Source of the DNA: an uncultured Opitutia bacterium
GTDB taxonomy: Bacteria > Verrucomicrobiota > Verrucomicrobiia > Opitutales > Opitutaceae
NCBI GenBank assembly: GCA_903940425.1
Contig: CAJAKX010000052.1
Location: 1 to 62,077 of the forward strand
DNA: 62,077 bases
Reading direction: 5' to 3'
Below, in pieces: positions 57,170 to 62,077 of this stretch (position 1 is the first letter of the stretch; each line of letters opens with the position of its first letter). Under the pieces are notes generated by a model. It searched no databases and was not told the origin of the DNA. It saw only the letters and a program-made list of their open reading frames with translations. The position numbers and the translations under genes are program-made.

Positions 57170-58243
57170 ATGATCACTCCCGCCCAGCCGGACTCGCCCG
57201 CCTACGCCGAACTGCGCCGCCTGTTCGAGCAGCGCATCGTCATCCTCGAGGGCCCCAAGGGGACGATGGCGCAGGCCCGCCAGCTCGCGGAGGCCGATTT
57301 CCGCGGTGAGCGCTTCCGCAGCCACCCGCGCGACCTTCAGGGCGACAACGATATCCTCTGCCTGACGCGTCCCGACCTGATCGAGGAATTCCATCGCAGC
57401 TTCGCCGAGGCCGGCGCGGACATTGTCGCGACCAACACCTTCAACGGCACCCGCATCTCCCAGACCGATTACCAGACCGAACCCTACGTTTCGGAGATCA
57501 ACCGGGCGGCCGCGCAAATCTGCGTCCGCGCCGCCCGCTGGGGCGAAGCCCGGTTCAACCGGCGCATCTTCGTGGCGGGCACGCTCGGTCCCACCAACCG
57601 CACCGCCTCCCTTTCCCCGGACGTCAACCGGCCCGACCACCGCGCCGTCACTTTCGACCAGCTCGTCGCGGCCTACTACGAGCAGGCCAAAGCGCTGGTC
57701 GAGGGCGGCGCGGAAATCCTGCTGGTGGAAACCATCTTCGACACGCTCAACGCCAAGGCCGCCCTCTTCGCGATCGAAAACCTTTTTGACGAGCTGCCCG
57801 CCCGCCTGCCGGTGATGATCTCCGTCACCATCACCGACGCCTCCGGCCGCACGCTCTCCGGCCAGACCGTCGAGGCGTTCTACAACTCGGTCGTCCACGC
57901 GCGTCCGTTCAGCGTCGGCATCAACTGCGCCCTTGGCGCGAAGCAGATGCGGCCCTATATCGAGGAGCTCGCGCGCATCGCCGGATGTTTCGTCACGTGC
58001 TATCCCAACGCCGGCCTGCCCAATGCCTTCGGCGGCTATGACGAGACGCCCGCCGAGATGGCCGCGGCCCTTGCCGAGTTCGCCGCCAACGGCTGGGTCA
58101 ACCTGCTCGGCGGCTGCTGCGGCTCCACGCCGGCGCACATCAAGGCCATCGCCACCGCGGTCGCCGGCCTGAAGCCGCGCCCCTTTCCGGCGTCCGCCGC
58201 CCCGGTCCTCCGCCTCAGCGGCCTCGAACCGCTCGCGATTTGA
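57170..58243 (+). CDS. metH: Methionine synthase, N-terminal fragment: homocysteine S-methyltransferase (Hcy-binding) domain only
   Basis: 357 aa, colinear with MetH residues 1-353: [67 protein letters not shown]. Ends ...[10 protein letters not shown]-stop, exactly at the inter-domain linker. Confidence 0.9.
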   Translation: MITPAQPDSPAYAELRRLFEQRIVILEGPKGTMAQARQLAEADFRGERFRSHPRDLQGDNDILCLTRPDLIEEFHRSFAEAGADIVATNTFNGTRISQTDYQTEPYVSEINRAAAQICVRAARWGEARFNRRIFVAGTLGPTNRTASLSPDVNRPDHRAVTFDQLVAAYYEQAKALVEGGAEILLVETIFDTLNAKAALFAIENLFDELPARLPVMISVTITDASGRTLSGQTVEAFYNSVVHARPFSVGINCALGAKQMRPYIEELARIAGCFVTCYPNAGLPNAFGGYDETPAEMAAALAEFAANGWVNLLGGCCGSTPAHIKAIATAVAGLKPRPFPASAAPVLRLSGLEPLAI

Positions 58244-58292
58244 GTCACCGCGAAATGCCCCCAATATACGAAAACCCAGATCCGTCCCGAGC

Positions 58293-61010
<2,718 letters not shown>

Positions 61011-61085
61011 TGAGCCGCGGCAGGGCTGGCAGTCTCGGCCGTAGCCCGCGCCCTTCGCCCAGTCCCCATCAACCAGGAGTTCAGC

Positions 61086-61973
61086 ATGCCATCCCATCTC
61101 CCGACTCGACGTGAAGCCCTGAAGGCTGCGGCGGCCGCCGGTGTCACGGTCGCCATGTCCCGCCTGCCCCAACTGGCCGCCGCCTCCGCACCGCCTGCGC
61201 CGGCTCCGAAGCGCCCGGCCGCGCCCCAGTCCTTCGCCGCGAAGGCCTCCATGATCGGCATGCCCATTAGCATCACGCCGCTGGCCCGGCAGGACCTCGA
61301 TGCACTGTTTGACGACATGCGCCAGCGGGCCGGGGTGACGGCGGTGTTTCCCTTTGCCTACACCCACGAGCCGCACCGGTGCGGCGTGCCGCCGGCAGCG
61401 GGATTCCACGGCGGCAACTACGGCATCCCGCACCTGGAGTATTACCACGATACGCCCCTGACCTACGCCGACATGCGCGCACCGGAATTCGGTGACGTTG
61501 ACGTACTGGCCCGCGTGATTCCCGCCGCGCGCAAGCACGGCATCGCGACCTTCGCGTTCTTCCTCGAGGACAACGTCCGGCCGACCGCGGTTCCGCACTG
61601 GGAGGCGCTCTACACCGTCGACCACCACGGCCGCCGCTCAGACCGGCAGCCAGGTGGACCGTGCCACAACAATCCGTACTACCAAGCCTTCACCCTGGGG
61701 CTCGTCGAGGACTACGCCCGCTCCTACGAACTTGGCGGCATCATGTGGGGCTCGGAGCGCCAGAGCGGGCTGCTCAATGCGCTTAATCTCTCCCAGAGCA
61801 ACAGCGTCGATCCGGGCCAGACGACCTGCTTCTGCGAGTTCTGCCAGAAAAAGGGGCGCGATCTTGGCATCGACGTCGAGCGGGCGCGCCAGGGTTTCGG
61901 CGAAATCGAGAAATTCGTGCTGGCCAGCCGCGCCGGCGAGCGGCCCCGCGACGGGTATTTCACGGCAACTTAG
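61086..61973 (+). CDS. Tat-signal secreted protein of unknown function, terminated by an in-frame TAG after which the frame stays open (possible pseudogene, read-through or sequencing error)
   Basis: MPSHLPTRREALKAAAAAGVTVAM is a twin-arginine signal. After TAG (61971-61973) the same frame continues RLLLAYPEVLAWANLWVSSRHALQAAIYRKVKSI to the window end with very high third-position GC. Confidence 0.7.
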   Translation: MPSHLPTRREALKAAAAAGVTVAMSRLPQLAAASAPPAPAPKRPAAPQSFAAKASMIGMPISITPLARQDLDALFDDMRQRAGVTAVFPFAYTHEPHRCGVPPAAGFHGGNYGIPHLEYYHDTPLTYADMRAPEFGDVDVLARVIPAARKHGIATFAFFLEDNVRPTAVPHWEALYTVDHHGRRSDRQPGGPCHNNPYYQAFTLGLVEDYARSYELGGIMWGSERQSGLLNALNLSQSNSVDPGQTTCFCEFCQKKGRDLGIDVERARQGFGEIEKFVLASRAGERPRDGYFTAT

Positions 61974-62077
61974 CGCCTCCTGCTCGCCTACCCCGAGGTG
62001 CTGGCCTGGGCCAACCTCTGGGTGAGCAGCCGGCACGCCCTTCAGGCTGCAATCTACCGCAAGGTGAAGTCCATCAA

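Overview
A 62-kb high-GC, densely coding bacterial chromosome segment. From gene content and protein similarity I guess a PVC-group organism (Verrucomicrobiota, Opitutales-like), but I cannot verify this. I support about 50 protein genes, one tRNA, one riboswitch and several intrinsic terminators. Left to right the window contains the following.

- **1-5.6 kb:** a cell-envelope aminosugar/glycosyltransferase cluster.
- **5.7-7.7 kb:** a 672-aa low-complexity-flanked protein of unknown function.
- **7.9-9.9 kb:** tRNA-Leu(GAG), a perfect 20-bp inverted repeat, a small GIY-YIG nuclease gene and a visibly low-GC islet with a lipoprotein gene.
- **9.9-12 kb:** cysE and pyrD.
- **12.2-17.9 kb:** mreB-mreC-mreD-mrdA, preceded by an acidic protein of unknown function.
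- **17.9-22.5 kb:** a MoxR / DUF58 / transglutaminase triad.
- **22.5-24.6 kb:** an NAD(P)-dependent oxidoreductase, an MTAP-family nucleoside phosphorylase and pterin-4a-carbinolamine dehydratase.
- **24.7-31.1 kb:** uppS-cdsA-dxr-rseP-ispG.
- **31.1-33 kb:** dnaA, with two consensus DnaA boxes upstream.
- **33.2-39.5 kb:** xylA, small proteins, an orphan OppD/OppF-type ATPase pair, a predicted lipoprotein and an integral membrane protein.
- **39.6-44.6 kb:** two convergent GH94 glycoside phosphorylases.
- **44.8-52.5 kb:** a somewhat lower-GC block holding PIN-PhoH (PhoH2), two unknowns, and an mgtA operon with a coupled EIIA(Ntr)-like gene and a long ORF-poor upstream region.
- **52.5-54.7 kb:** an ECF sigma factor and a YcaQ-like protein.
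- **54.7-61 kb:** a cobalamin riboswitch driving btuB, divergent from B12-dependent metH.
- **61.1 kb to the window end:** a Tat-signal protein.

No CRISPR array, IS element, prophage or recognisable defence system is visible. The most unusual observations are these.

1. metH is split exactly at a domain linker by an 85-nt stop-plus-frameshift segment bounded by a 12-bp inverted repeat.
2. The tRNA-Leu / 20-bp inverted repeat / GIY-YIG / low-GC islet junction.
3. The mgtA locus architecture: an ORF-poor leader with an internal terminator, an 85-codon ORF, and a coupled EIIA-like gene.
4. An in-frame TAG in the last gene, with coding signal continuing past it.
5. An SDR sugar enzyme whose catalytic Tyr reads Asn.

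Coordinates of non-ORF features were indexed by hand against ORF-track anchors and may be off by 1-2 nt.
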